Positions 23,753-34,159 of a DNA stretch of 64,000 nt are shown one piece after another. Every line of letters starts with the position of its first letter. Position 1 is the first letter of the stretch. Source of the stretch: Tetramitus jugosus (Eukaryota > Protista > Heterolobosea); assembly GCA_937625935.1 (NCBI GenBank), contig OW569367.1, positions 186,001 through 250,000 on the forward strand. The letters are read 5' to 3'. The notes below the pieces were generated by a model, which ran no database searches, was not told the DNA's origin, and saw only the letters and a program-made list of their open reading frames with translations. The translations under genes were made by a program, and so were the position numbers.

Positions 23753-25969
23753 CTAATGCAATCCCAACAAGTCGTCCAACTTACGACTTATCCGATCGCT
23801 GGGTATGGTGAGTCGAGTCTCAGGTGCTGGTGACTGTGGTGTTCGAGAGTCAGACTTGTTCAATTTGTCATATGGCCGCTTCCAGAAGAATCGATGCCCT
23901 TCAACAAAATATTGATTCGCATACCATACATTGGCCTCAACTTCACTCACAGTTTGATTATCTTCTGCATTTCTTCTTATTATTTTCGATGCTCTTAGAT
24001 CACAATCCTTTACAAATACAGTTCCTTGCATCGCAAAACTTTTCACCTTTGTTCTCTTGAAACACAATTTGTTCATTTGCTTTTCAGCGTTGCTCTTTGG
24101 TGTGAGATGATACAAGTCAAACTTGGACTGTTTCACATTCCAACCCATCAATAGCAAGTCAAAATTACCGTTTCCATCCCTCAAGTCAGTATTCTCCACA
24201 CGACAAATGTTAAATTGCGACATTCCTTCGTAGAGACGCAATTCTGATACTTCTACACCACCATTCAAGTGACAACCACCGTCCTGAGGTATTCTACAAC
24301 TCCATCCGACGACTCTTCGATCTCCCTCGTTGACCCAGAATCTCACGTGCCAATAGGAACCGTCATCGCATGTTACGTTTTGCAACTGATACACTGGAGC
24401 TACATCACTGTACGGATGAACGACCTGTATCAATGTCGCCACTCGAACCACATACAATGCGTTAAACACCTGATCAGAGTCAGAATCGGGATCAAAGAAT
24501 GGATTTGCGTACTTTGCATCATTCAAATTCCAAATACGGACGAATCCGTCAGCGCCACACGTGGCCAACAAGTACTTTTTGACAGAGGAACCAATCACAG
24601 AAATGGAGTGAATCCTTCCTCTGTGATGCGAATTCCTGTGATTGAAGCACTTCCATATCATGCTCACACTCAACTCTTTTGCTTGTTGCGCCGAGGTACT
24701 GCTGGTTCCACTACTGACGCCGCTACTGCTGATGCTGCTTGCGCTGTTACCAATATTTGTTCCACTGCTAATGTTCAAACTGCTTGCACTACTAATGTGA
24801 ATACCAGTGTTATTATTGCTCGACGATGCTCCACTGTTTGCTGCACTAGTTGACGTTGCTGTCACAGTTCCTCCACTCATTGCAGTAGTCGAACCACTCG
24901 TGGCAGTAGCAGCAGAAGAAGTCGAAGTATTCATGTTCGTTGACATTGTTGTGCTTGTTGTCGTTGTCACTGCTGTATCACTCGCGTTCAACGTGTGATT
25001 CTTCAAATGAACACCATTGCTTGCATCTCTCGCCACTTCCAACACTTTGCACCTACCAGTGTTACTACCCAAAAAAATCAGTTTGCCCAATTTTTGTGCA
25101 CATGTAATACTGTCGCCCATATCTGACAAATAAATTGATTTTAGTCGATTCAATTTCACTGTATGAGACCGTGAAGGTACTGATGTTGCTGCTACTGACG
25201 ATGAAGATGACGACGTAGCAGCAAATGGCAAAGATGATGAGGTTGTTTGATGCGCAAGTGTCGGAGAATGATGACTCGATGAGGATGATGATGAAAAGAA
25301 GGCATCATTTTGTGATGTTGATAACGGTGGTGGTGGTGGTGGTGAATGTGATGATAGGGAAGCTAGAGAATGACCTTGATCCACAATCTCCCACAGTGTC
25401 ACTGTGCAGTCATTGGTGGTGATCATGAGCGAATTTCCATCGACAAACGTGCATGTTTGAAACTTGTTGGGCACTGGGATTTTGGTCAGTGCATTGTACA
25501 CGAGTGCATGAGAGGAATCTTCGCCCAAACTCGTTCCATTTTCAAATAGTTTGATCGCTGGAGGAGAAGATGATGATGATGATGATTGGGTGGATGATGA
25601 TGATGATGATGATGGTGGTGATGGTGATGGTGATGAAGGTTTGTGAATTTGTTGGTGATTGATGGGAATGGACCATTTGATGATACTTTGATCCATGGAG
25701 GCACTGTAAAAGACGTGATCAATGGGATCCATCTCTGACAACTTGTTCACGATATTAAAGTGTCTTTTTTTTGATTTTTCATGCATTGCTTTCAAATTCT
25801 TTGCAATTGTTTCTTGATTCTCACTCGCACTATTGTTGTTGTTGTAGTTGTTGTTGTTGTGATGGTCCGTTGTTGATTGATTGTTGTTGTGATGCTGATT
25901 GCGACGGGAGTGAATCATTGGGTCCAATAGTGTCAGGTCGTCTGTCGCTTCAGAGCTTGATTGAAACAT
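23753..25969 (-). CDS. Divergent WD40-repeat protein with Ser/Thr/Asn-rich inserts
   Basis: YSASMDQSIIKW, TTNDCTVTLW, LGSNTGRCKV and HRGRIHSI...LATCGADGFVRIWN. Confidence 0.65.
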   Translation of the reverse strand: MFQSSSEATDDLTLLDPMIHSRRNQHHNNNQSTTDHHNNNNYNNNNSASENQETIAKNLKAMHEKSKKRHFNIVNKLSEMDPIDHVFYSASMDQSIIKWSIPINHQQIHKPSSPSPSPPSSSSSSSTQSSSSSSSPPAIKLFENGTSLGEDSSHALVYNALTKIPVPNKFQTCTFVDGNSLMITTNDCTVTLWEIVDQGHSLASLSSHSPPPPPPLSTSQNDAFFSSSSSSSHHSPTLAHQTTSSSLPFAATSSSSSSVAATSVPSRSHTVKLNRLKSIYLSDMGDSITCAQKLGKLIFLGSNTGRCKVLEVARDASNGVHLKNHTLNASDTAVTTTTSTTMSTNMNTSTSSAATATSGSTTAMSGGTVTATSTSAANSGASSSNNNTGIHISSASSLNISSGTNIGNSASSISSSGVSSGTSSTSAQQAKELSVSMIWKCFNHRNSHHRGRIHSISVIGSSVKKYLLATCGADGFVRIWNLNDAKYANPFFDPDSDSDQVFNALYVVRVATLIQVVHPYSDVAPVYQLQNVTCDDGSYWHVRFWVNEGDRRVVGWSCRIPQDGGCHLNGGVEVSELRLYEGMSQFNICRVENTDLRDGNGNFDLLLMGWNVKQSKFDLYHLTPKSNAEKQMNKLCFKRTKVKSFAMQGTVFVKDCDLRASKIIRRNAEDNQTVSEVEANVWYANQYFVEGHRFFWKRPYDKLNKSDSRTPQSPAPETRLTIPSDRISRKLDDLLGLH

Positions 25970-26263
25970 TTTTGGTGTAAACGTTCGTGATAGGCAGGAA
26001 TCGTTATTTTTGAAAGTATCAAAACGAGTTGATGATGATTTGGTTTGGTTTCTTTCTGACAGCTCCAGATTTTTTTTGGTTGGGGCAGAGAAGTTTTTGT
26101 AAGTTCATGAGTCGGAGTGGTTGTCTTCGAACTGTCAGTACGGAAGTAACCACTTTTATGGACAACAAAGTTAACATGGTTGACTGAAAGAGCGAGATAT
26201 TTACAGGAATAGAGTCTTTACAGGGTTGGGTGAGTCAGAATCACTTAAGTTTTGCTTCTCCGT

Positions 26264-28894
26264 TCAATACCCATAGCTAGCTCCAATCTTTCTCTTGGCA
26301 ATTTTCTTTGAGACTCTTGGAATCTTTCTTCTCTTTTGAATTTTAGAATATGTGCAACTGGTGTAGGATCTGTCAAAGGTACCCTTTCGTGATATTGTGC
26401 TTCTTCTGATGTTATTACTCTCGACCACACTGGAGCTAGCGTAATTGATATTTTGAATCTGTGCACCAAACTCCAACCAGAGTGGAGCATTCTCTGTTTG
26501 TTGGGATGAAGCCATTGGTTCATGTCGAGTAATTGGGCTTTCAGGTGGTGGGACCTGAGGACTAGTACACGTAATCTCGCTCGTGTTTTGAGCGAGTTGT
26601 TCTACATTACAGGAGAACACTTCATGATTTGGAGCAATAGGAGACACTTCGAGTTCCATCTCTTGTTGAATGCTTTGTGGTACTTCTATCACCTGTGTTT
26701 CCATACAGTCTTCATGCTCTTGGATGTTTGTAATGATTTGTTCAAGTACCATTCTCTCAGGTTCGTCTAATCTTTGCACATTTTCTACTTCATTTGAGAT
26801 TGTTTCCATTGGCTCAACATTTTCAATCATTTCAACACTTGCAGTAGGTATCTCCTCTTGGATCACCTGCTCAGCCACAATAACCTGAGTTTCGTGGTCG
26901 TCACAGGCTAGCATCTCACTGGAAGCACCCATTGGTTGTTCCAGTGCTTGGACTGAGGTAAGCTTGATGCTTGCTTCCAATGGTTCTTCATGCACTTGAG
27001 TTTCTTCCTCATAGTCTGCAAATAACTCTCTTCTTAGAGAATGTTCTTTTGTGCTTGGATCGTCCATGTGAACTGTGTTTCTTGTAGGAGTGTAACTACA
27101 ATACTCTAGATGAAGTTCAACTTCATGTTGGGACTGTCTTCTAGAGGTTGTCTGGTTCACACCTTGTGGAGAGGATCCAATTCCGGACTCGAGTGAATCT
27201 ACTGGTTCTTCAGAGTCTTGCATAGAATCTAACTCAAGATCCATTTCTTCACTGTGTTTTTCTTTTGAGAAAGGTGTCTGAGTTCGTGAGATAGGTGCTG
27301 TGCTTGGAGAGCCAAACACAGTATTAAATGTGACAGTTTTTAGCCCAAGGAGCTCCTGTTTCGCTTTATCAGCAGACTGCTTCCGTTCTGAGCTTCTTGG
27401 AGTCACGAAACGATCAGGAATGTCATTCACTTCGCCGTCACTGAGATTAGAAACTACTGGAGTTGTAGGAGTCATTTCAGAAATATTTTCTTGTGGGGTT
27501 AAGTATGTTGGTGCTGGAGTAAAGATAGGAGCCTTGGTTGTCAGCAAGCGAGATGGTGTCTTCATTGGCGTTTTAGAGGTGTCCTGAGGATTTTCCATCA
27601 GTTCATCACTTGGATCGATGGCTTCTGGTTCCTCTTGTGAAGAAGCCATCTCGTTCGATTCATCTTGTTGTGATTGTGATGTTTCCTCAATAGAGTGTTG
27701 ATCGACAGTTGAGAGCGAAAAATTCATACCAGCAGTTACATTGTCCTGACTTGAGTCGTTTTGGTTGCCAAACATGTCGACATCTGCTTCGTCATCACAA
27801 AAGACAAGAGTCTTTTGTGGGTTACTAGCTCGTTGAGGTCGATTGTTCTCGTTTGGTGAAAAGAGAGAGCGAGAAGGAGAAAGCAGTGCTCTTTTCACAG
27901 TTGATTTAGGGGTTGTTCGCAGACGAATGCTCTCCTTCAATTTCTCTTTTTCTACCTTTCTTACTCTCTTGAATTTGCTATATGTATGGAATATTCTGGA
28001 ATTCATAAAGTAGATATCACAGGATAATGTTCCATCAGCATTTTCTTGGCTCTCTTCAATTCGACTTGCCATAAACTTTCTCAATCCCTCATTCAGAATG
28101 CTCTTAGGTTCAGCATGGAATTCAAACTCTGCCTTTTCGTAAATTTTAACAATTTCCTTATAATTTCCAACCAATTCTTCTGCTTGGGCCCTGCTTGTCC
28201 AGTAGTAGGCACTTCGAGATGCAGGAATAGAAAGATTTGACATGGAGAGCATACCTTGGAACAGCTCTCGAGCTTGCTGTATATCGCCCTCTCTTGCTTT
28301 ATCTAGAGCACATTGGATCAATAGGTTCAAATCCACGCTCTTTGCTTTTACACTTCTTTCTCTAACCTTTGTAGTCTTTGTGATTGACTTGTTATGAGGT
28401 GTTGGAGTGAACCGAATACTTGCCTGTCTCTTGGCAATAAAAGAAGCATCTCCGTTGAGTCTGGCTTGTCTCTCTTTCTCCCAATTGGCCAAGCTTTCAG
28501 ATCTTGACGAAGAAGAGCCAAACACAGAAATGTAGGACGAAGAGGAATCTCTTCTGCTTGGACTCCTCTGAGAAACTTCCTTGTTCGTGGTTGCTTGATC
28601 TGTTGTTGTTGGTCTTGGAGTAGAAGACATGGATTGACGGCTTTGGAATGGAGTCCGAGATATTGTTGGTGTACGGGTTACATGAGCGGATGAGTGACGT
28701 CTTTTGAGGTCAGATCCAGGAGTCTTTGGAGTCTTTGGCGTGTTTTGTATGTTTTGTTGCCTTTGTAGTTGAAATTGTTTCAATCGTTCTCTCATGGTGC
28801 TTGGTTGAGTAGTGGTTGGAGAGGCAGAAGTTCTCTGAGAACCTCCAACAGCTGAACCAGAAGGAGAGGTACGGAAGGGAGTGAATCGAAACAT
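26264..28894 (-). CDS. CKAP2-like protein (CKAP2_C helical domain; S/T-P-rich disordered regions). 3' end uncertain
   Basis: YYWTSRAQAEE...IVKIYEKA....AEP resembles the CKAP2_C motif. Many TP/SP sites. Confidence 0.5.
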   Translation of the reverse strand: MFRFTPFRTSPSGSAVGGSQRTSASPTTTQPSTMRERLKQFQLQRQQNIQNTPKTPKTPGSDLKRRHSSAHVTRTPTISRTPFQSRQSMSSTPRPTTTDQATTNKEVSQRSPSRRDSSSSYISVFGSSSSRSESLANWEKERQARLNGDASFIAKRQASIRFTPTPHNKSITKTTKVRERSVKAKSVDLNLLIQCALDKAREGDIQQARELFQGMLSMSNLSIPASRSAYYWTSRAQAEELVGNYKEIVKIYEKAEFEFHAEPKSILNEGLRKFMASRIEESQENADGTLSCDIYFMNSRIFHTYSKFKRVRKVEKEKLKESIRLRTTPKSTVKRALLSPSRSLFSPNENNRPQRASNPQKTLVFCDDEADVDMFGNQNDSSQDNVTAGMNFSLSTVDQHSIEETSQSQQDESNEMASSQEEPEAIDPSDELMENPQDTSKTPMKTPSRLLTTKAPIFTPAPTYLTPQENISEMTPTTPVVSNLSDGEVNDIPDRFVTPRSSERKQSADKAKQELLGLKTVTFNTVFGSPSTAPISRTQTPFSKEKHSEEMDLELDSMQDSEEPVDSLESGIGSSPQGVNQTTSRRQSQHEVELHLEYCSYTPTRNTVHMDDPSTKEHSLRRELFADYEEETQVHEEPLEASIKLTSVQALEQPMGASSEMLACDDHETQVIVAEQVIQEEIPTASVEMIENVEPMETISNEVENVQRLDEPERMVLEQIITNIQEHEDCMETQVIEVPQSIQQEMELEVSPIAPNHEVFSCNVEQLAQNTSEITCTSPQVPPPESPITRHEPMASSQQTENAPLWLEFGAQIQNINYASSSVVESNNIRRSTISRKGTFDRSYTSCTYSKIQKRRKIPRVSKKIAKRKIGASYGY

Positions 28895-29013
28895 GGCAAT
28901 ATTATGTTGTTTTGATCAAAACGCAAGAGAAGCTTTTTGTTTTGGTGAATGATTTTGTTTTTGGAGCTTTGGAATTGTTCGCAACTTTAATCTCTGAGAT
29001 CAACGACTCCTCG

Positions 29014-29024
29014 TTGGCGGGAAA
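29014..29024 (-). promoter_or_regulatory. E2F-like site TTTCCCGCCAA in the divergent CKAP2-like/AK6 promoter
   Basis: Plus strand ttggcgggaaa, with a second ttttcggcgggaa about 20 bp downstream. Confidence 0.45.
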
Positions 29025-29091
29025 CCGGGCAATATTTTCGGCGGGAAGCGGACAAAACAATACACAAAACCACACCAACACAACAACGAAA

Positions 29092-29664
29092 ATGGCACAA
29101 CAACAAACGAGCAAGGAATGGCGCAAAGTACCCAACATTCTCATCACTGGAACACCGGGCACAGGAAAAACTTGTCTGACTGAAAATTTGTTCAATGAGC
29201 TCTCATCAAAAAACATTGCCTATCAAGTGATCAATGTATCAGAAGCCGCAAAGACCAATGGTTTTGTCGAGTCGGAGAAGGACTCTGCGAGAGACACCTA
29301 TGTGTTAGATGAAGATCGACTACTTGATTGGATGGAAGATGAATTGGGTACTGACAATCGCAAGGGTTTCATTGTCGATTATCATGCAAGTGAGTTGTTC
29401 CCCGAGAGATGGTTCGATTTAGTGATTGTGATGCACGCTGACACGAATCTGTTGTATCAGAGACTTCAGAAGAGAGGATACTCTGAGTCCAAGATTCAAG
29501 AGAATGTCCAATGTGAAATTTTCAATATTTGTGAAGATGAGGCCAGAGGCAGCTATGACGAGAGTATCATTAAAGTTTATCAGAATAATACATTGGACGA
29601 CATGGAGCAAATTACGGATACCGTGGCCACAATGATTGCTCAAGCATTCGCTCAAAGACAATAA
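29092..29664 (+). CDS. AK6: Adenylate kinase 6 (FAP7/CINAP)
   Basis: PNILITGTPGTGKT, LDEDRLLD, VDYH..LFPERWFD and KIQENVQCEIF. Confidence 0.95.
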   Translation: MAQQQTSKEWRKVPNILITGTPGTGKTCLTENLFNELSSKNIAYQVINVSEAAKTNGFVESEKDSARDTYVLDEDRLLDWMEDELGTDNRKGFIVDYHASELFPERWFDLVIVMHADTNLLYQRLQKRGYSESKIQENVQCEIFNICEDEARGSYDESIIKVYQNNTLDDMEQITDTVATMIAQAFAQRQ

Positions 29665-29810
29665 ACATGTTTACAAAGTATAATTTTTACAATTTTTTTT
29701 TTCATTTTTGTACAGTGAGGTTAGGCAGCCACTAGTGTGCACCCAATGATGAGCACGTGGTCCTTGAAGTGCTTATGTATCAAATGTATATATATAGACA
29801 CACATATAAA

Positions 29811-30499
29811 TTACAGTTCAAAATCAGCCAAATCAGCATCAGAGGCCGAAGCATTAGACAAGGTTTCATCATCTTCTTCCTCCTCGTTAGCCTTCTCTTC
29901 CTCACCACCAAATTTCAAGTCCTCTTCCTTTGCATATCTCTGGCAATAATCTGTCACTTTTCGCTTAAATCTCTCTGGTTCCCTCATCATCAATGCAGCA
30001 GCCTCCCCATTCATTGGATCACTTGGATTCGGATAGGTCAACAACTGTGGCAAGAACACATCAAAAATATTGATCAAATCAAACATTGGTGACCAAGTCT
30101 GATTGATTACATCGAGACAGACGGAACCTGACATTTCATCCACATTCGGATGATAAATTGTGTTACAAAATCCAATCGAAGGTGACTTGTATGGATAGTT
30201 CTCTGGAATGGTGACACGAACTTTCCATGCACCTCCCTCATAGGGTGTATCTTTTGGTCCATGGAACTTTACAAAGAATTCTCTTGGATCATCTCCTTCC
30301 ATTACTACTTTGTAATCACTCATCATGCTAATAGTATGTATAGGTATAGTAGAATAGGATGCATCATAAATTAGAGTCAGCATGCTGTGTGGTATATATC
30401 AAGTCATGACTATTTGTTTTTGGGGTACACTTACAGTTTCATAAGGTCCATCTCTCTTCTCTTGGTGGGAGAGCTAATAAATCTGCCAGGTGATGCCAT
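29811..30499 (-). CDS. UBE2H: Ubiquitin-conjugating enzyme E2 H / UBC8 (intron 30328-30434)
   Basis: [14 protein letters not shown]|[37 protein letters not shown] and an acidic tail. Confidence 0.94.
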
Positions 30500-30790
30500 T
30501 GTTGGTGTAAAATTTTTTTAGCTTGTGTGTATATTGCTGAAGCTATAGGTTGTTGCTGTTGTTGTTGACAGGGAATCAGTCAGTTGTTATTGTTGCTATT
30601 GTTGTGTGTGTTGGTTCAAAAAGAAGCAGCTGCAGGAGTTTTTTGTTTGAATGAATTTCCCCGTGTGGCAGAATCTATTTTTATTCACTATTGTAAAGAA
30701 CTGAAGAAGAGAAATTTTCTCCTCTTCGAACCACGAAACAAAAAAACTGACGACTTTGATTATCTAAATCGATTGACAATAACGACATTA

Positions 30791-31981
30791 ATGATGAATC
30801 GTTCGAGAAACTCTAGTGCCCATAACGACTTGTTTGATGATCTAGGCAACACCACTGGAGGTGGTGGTGATGATTTGAGTTTTTTCAATTCCAACTTTGA
30901 GAGTGTTGCGATGCCACCCATCCACACCACTGATGCAGCACCACAGCAACCCTATTCTACAATGTACACAAACAGCAGCGCAACACATTCATTCTCACCA
31001 CAACCACCTAGTCAATCATCATCAAATCAATACATGGATGGAGGCAATCACATGAACAATAATAGTGGTGGTGGTGGATTCTGGAGCAATGCCAACTTGT
31101 TTGGTGGTGGTGGTGCAAATAATAGTGGAGGGAATCAATTTTTCAATCCGAATGCATTGGCTACTGACATTGTGTTTGGAATGGGAATGGATCAAATGAA
31201 TAAGATGCAACAGAGTACTGCATCGAGGTACTGGGCCTTTTTTGAGAATATGAAAGTGTATTTCAATGTGAACAATACCTATGTTCTCTACAAGTTATTG
31301 TCCATTTTGTTTCCGTTTGTTCGCAGGTGGAGTTCCTCTTCTTCTTCGAATAGTAGTGGTGGTAGTGGTGGTGTGGAGGATGCAACGGATCCTAATTTTG
31401 TTCGTGATTTGAAACAACCAGATCTCTATATTCCATGCATGTTTTTCATCACGTACATTTTGTTGGTGTGTGGTCTCATGGGCACCAAGAATCAATTTAC
31501 CCCAGAGTTGTTGACCAGTATAGCATCCACTGGTTTCATTATTTCATTGATTGAAATTGCGATTGTTAAGCTTGGATTTTATCTATTGTCGGCACCTAGT
31601 TCGGTCAGTATGTTGGACATGACTGCATTCAGTGGTTACAAGTACGTTGGTGTTGTATTGACCATTGTGTCGAGCGCATTGATTGGTTATTGGGCTTATT
31701 TGCCAGTGTGCATCGTTTCGAGTCTAATGATGTCCTTGTTCCTGATAAAGACACTGAGGAGAGTCTGTGTAACACAGGGAGAGTACAACATGAGGCTTCA
31801 ATTGGACAGTATGAGCTCTCAGAGAAGCATATTTATTATTAGTGTTGCCTTGCTTCAGATTCCCATCTTCTTGTTGTTGACCTATCGATACTCGAGAGAT
31901 GAGTACAGCTTGCTGTCCTGGATCATGCAACTGGGAAGTACCAATAAGAATCTCCCACCATCTTTCACAAACAAGCTCTAA
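30791..31981 (+). CDS. YIF1: YIF1 ER-Golgi membrane protein
   Basis: YFNVNNTYVLYKL..LFPF, PDLYIP.MFFITYIL, FTPE and AFSGYKYV. Confidence 0.9.
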   Translation: MMNRSRNSSAHNDLFDDLGNTTGGGGDDLSFFNSNFESVAMPPIHTTDAAPQQPYSTMYTNSSATHSFSPQPPSQSSSNQYMDGGNHMNNNSGGGGFWSNANLFGGGGANNSGGNQFFNPNALATDIVFGMGMDQMNKMQQSTASRYWAFFENMKVYFNVNNTYVLYKLLSILFPFVRRWSSSSSSNSSGGSGGVEDATDPNFVRDLKQPDLYIPCMFFITYILLVCGLMGTKNQFTPELLTSIASTGFIISLIEIAIVKLGFYLLSAPSSVSMLDMTAFSGYKYVGVVLTIVSSALIGYWAYLPVCIVSSLMMSLFLIKTLRRVCVTQGEYNMRLQLDSMSSQRSIFIISVALLQIPIFLLLTYRYSRDEYSLLSWIMQLGSTNKNLPPSFTNKL

Positions 31982-32095
31982 TCCACTGCTATAATAAATC
32001 AAAATTCATTTGTACATTGATCGCGCCTAAAACATTTTACCGTTAACCTGACAAACTAAGAACGTTCGCCAAGAGTCACTAATTATTGAAACAGA

Positions 32096-32780
32096 ATGAG
32101 TACCGAGAAGAAAGGTTCAAGCAGCGATGTAACCGAGGTAGCACTGAACAGTATCTTAAGAGAGCATTATCAGAAGGAGTTGTCTCACCATGTACTGAAT
32201 GAAACCTTTCAGGCACATCCAACGAAAAGTATGATTAATGTAGATGAGAAGTGAAGTGTTGCTCACGTTCTAACTGTTACCATACTTTAGTGTCTCATCT
32301 CGTGTCAGATAAACCCAATAGGAGAGGAAAGCGTTTCTTAGATAAAGATGAAGCTTTGTTAGAATCATTCGCCAAGACTCTCAACAAACAAGATTTGGTT
32401 CACGATAAGACATCAAGTTATCCAATGACAAGCATGAACGCTTCCCTATTGGCGGCTTCAGTCAGGGAACGAGAGAAGGACATGACAGCAAAGGACAAGG
32501 AGTTCCAGGAGTCAATCAAATACGCTTCTCTTCAACCGAAAGGCAGATATTCAAAACCAATGACTGCCGGTCAGGTATGTATTGCAGTCGTGATATGATA
32601 TAGCACCAAGGCTAAACTAACATTTCGCAACCATGAATCCAGGAATATGGATGGTTTGCTGGCGACTTAACTTCTCAATCCAGGTTCTATAAGCCCAAAG
32701 CATCTTGCGAAGAGACAAAGTATGCTGATGCTCTTATTCGCAGCTCCACGATTGGTAATACAAAAAAGGAGGCAAAATAA
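32096..32780 (+). CDS. FAM183/CFAP144-like ciliary protein (three exons)
   Basis: NSILREHYQKE...SDKP...QPKGRYSKPMTAGQ|EYGW...SCEETKYA, assembled across GT..AG introns. Confidence 0.7.
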
Positions 32781-32809
32781 ACTTGTAAAATAGATAAATA
32801 AAAGAAGTG

Positions 32810-33871
32810 TTATTCCTCGGGTGCTTTCTTCTTTGGAGAGAAGAATGAAGTGATGCTCTTCATTTTCGATGTGTCCACCTTTTTCAAGCTCGCTAACGAT
32901 CGAGATTCTGTTGCCTTCTTCTTGGCAGGCTTTTCATCCTCCTCAGTTCTCTTTCGTTTTAGAGCAGTAGATGACGATTGACTGACATCAGATTGTGAAT
33001 GAGAAGAAACTGTGGCAAAGCTCAGATCTGCTGGTTTGGGATACAAATATTCAGAGACATCTAGCTTCTCAGCCAACAATTTCATCCATTTGAGTGAAAT
33101 GTTATCAGATAGGACCTTTAACGACTGAACAATGGCCTGTCGCTTCAATTGCTCCTCGGAAACATTTTGTTCACTGGGTTTCTTTAACGATTTTCTAAAT
33201 GTTTTCGTATTCGAATTCTGAGCCATAAAGTCACTATTGTTCATCAAAGCTTGAGCAACAATGTCCGACTTGATCTTTAACCACTTTAGTACTCGTTTCT
33301 CACTGATTCTATAAGCTTTATCACTCGTGCCAGGCAACTCTTTTGATTCACACAAGTTGTGCAAGCAATTAAACTTTCTCAAAAAAGGTCTCATCATATA
33401 AATGAGCTGTTCATTCGATTGAAAGCACTTGTCAATCAAATCATCTTCCTCACAAAACAGTCCAACAACTGGTTGTTGTTGTTGCTTTTCAATAGGAGAT
33501 GTAGTTTCTTCATCTTGATGATCCTGTCGCTTTTCATGTTCGCTCACACGATTGTTGGGATATTGAGCCTTCTCTAACAATGGCAACATGAGGAAAGAAA
33601 TGTCAAAGGGTGTGCAAACGTATAGCTCTCCACCTGATATAACTTGCTCGTGAGCATGGAACCATGAGCCATAGTTTCCCTTCTCGTTGTGGGCAGTTTG
33701 AATTTGAAGGAGTTCTGTTCTTGCACGGTTGACCAGAAATTTACATCCTTGAGAGGAGTACTTTGGATGGGGCAGAGTGATGATTTCTGTTTGGCTCCAT
33801 GAACCACCGATGCTCACATCAAACGCTTCATTGCTTTCCTGTTGAAGAATCAGTACCCGCTTCTTGTTCAT
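32810..33871 (-). CDS. RNASEH2B: Ribonuclease H2 subunit B
   Basis: LPHP, GSWF, GELYVCTPFD..FL.LP, YR.SE..VLKWL and the C-terminal PIP box MKSITSFF. Confidence 0.9.
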   Translation of the reverse strand: MNKKRVLILQQESNEAFDVSIGGSWSQTEIITLPHPKYSSQGCKFLVNRARTELLQIQTAHNEKGNYGSWFHAHEQVISGGELYVCTPFDISFLMLPLLEKAQYPNNRVSEHEKRQDHQDEETTSPIEKQQQQPVVGLFCEEDDLIDKCFQSNEQLIYMMRPFLRKFNCLHNLCESKELPGTSDKAYRISEKRVLKWLKIKSDIVAQALMNNSDFMAQNSNTKTFRKSLKKPSEQNVSEEQLKRQAIVQSLKVLSDNISLKWMKLLAEKLDVSEYLYPKPADLSFATVSSHSQSDVSQSSSTALKRKRTEEDEKPAKKKATESRSLASLKKVDTSKMKSITSFFSPKKKAPEE

Positions 33872-33883
33872 TGTTGGATTTTT

Positions 33884-33895
33884 TTTGGCGCGAAA
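33884..33895. promoter_or_regulatory. Overlapping double E2F-type site TTTGGCGCGAAA
   Basis: Reverse complement is TTTCGCGCCAAA. It lies about 13 bp upstream of the RNASEH2B ATG. Confidence 0.55.
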
Positions 33896-34159
33896 AAATC
33901 GGATATTTTTTAACGGCGATGATTACTGGGCTCGCGAAAGGCATTTACGGTTATCGATAGTTTGTCCTGCGAAAATTTATCCTGTTCCTTCTGCTAAATC
34001 CAGGTAAATAAAGGATAATAGGTCTATAGCGGGAGAATGATGGGATAAATGCGAGCTATTATCGCTTTCCCTTAGAGGAAACTCCCTAAGGCAGAAGGAT
34101 GTCGACTGCTAGAAATGGTGCAAGGTACTATCATAAAACCGTTGGATAGAGTCAAATAA

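Noticed and set aside
25180-25900. Runs of gat/ggt/tgt repeats
   Set aside because: Coding microsatellites (polyS/P/N) in the WD40 gene, not a CRISPR or satellite array.
26245-26523. Overlapping 92-aa ORF suggesting a frameshift at the end of the CKAP2-like gene
   Set aside because: The main ORF is open through the region. There is no slippery site or homology support, and an unrecognised intron is equally possible.
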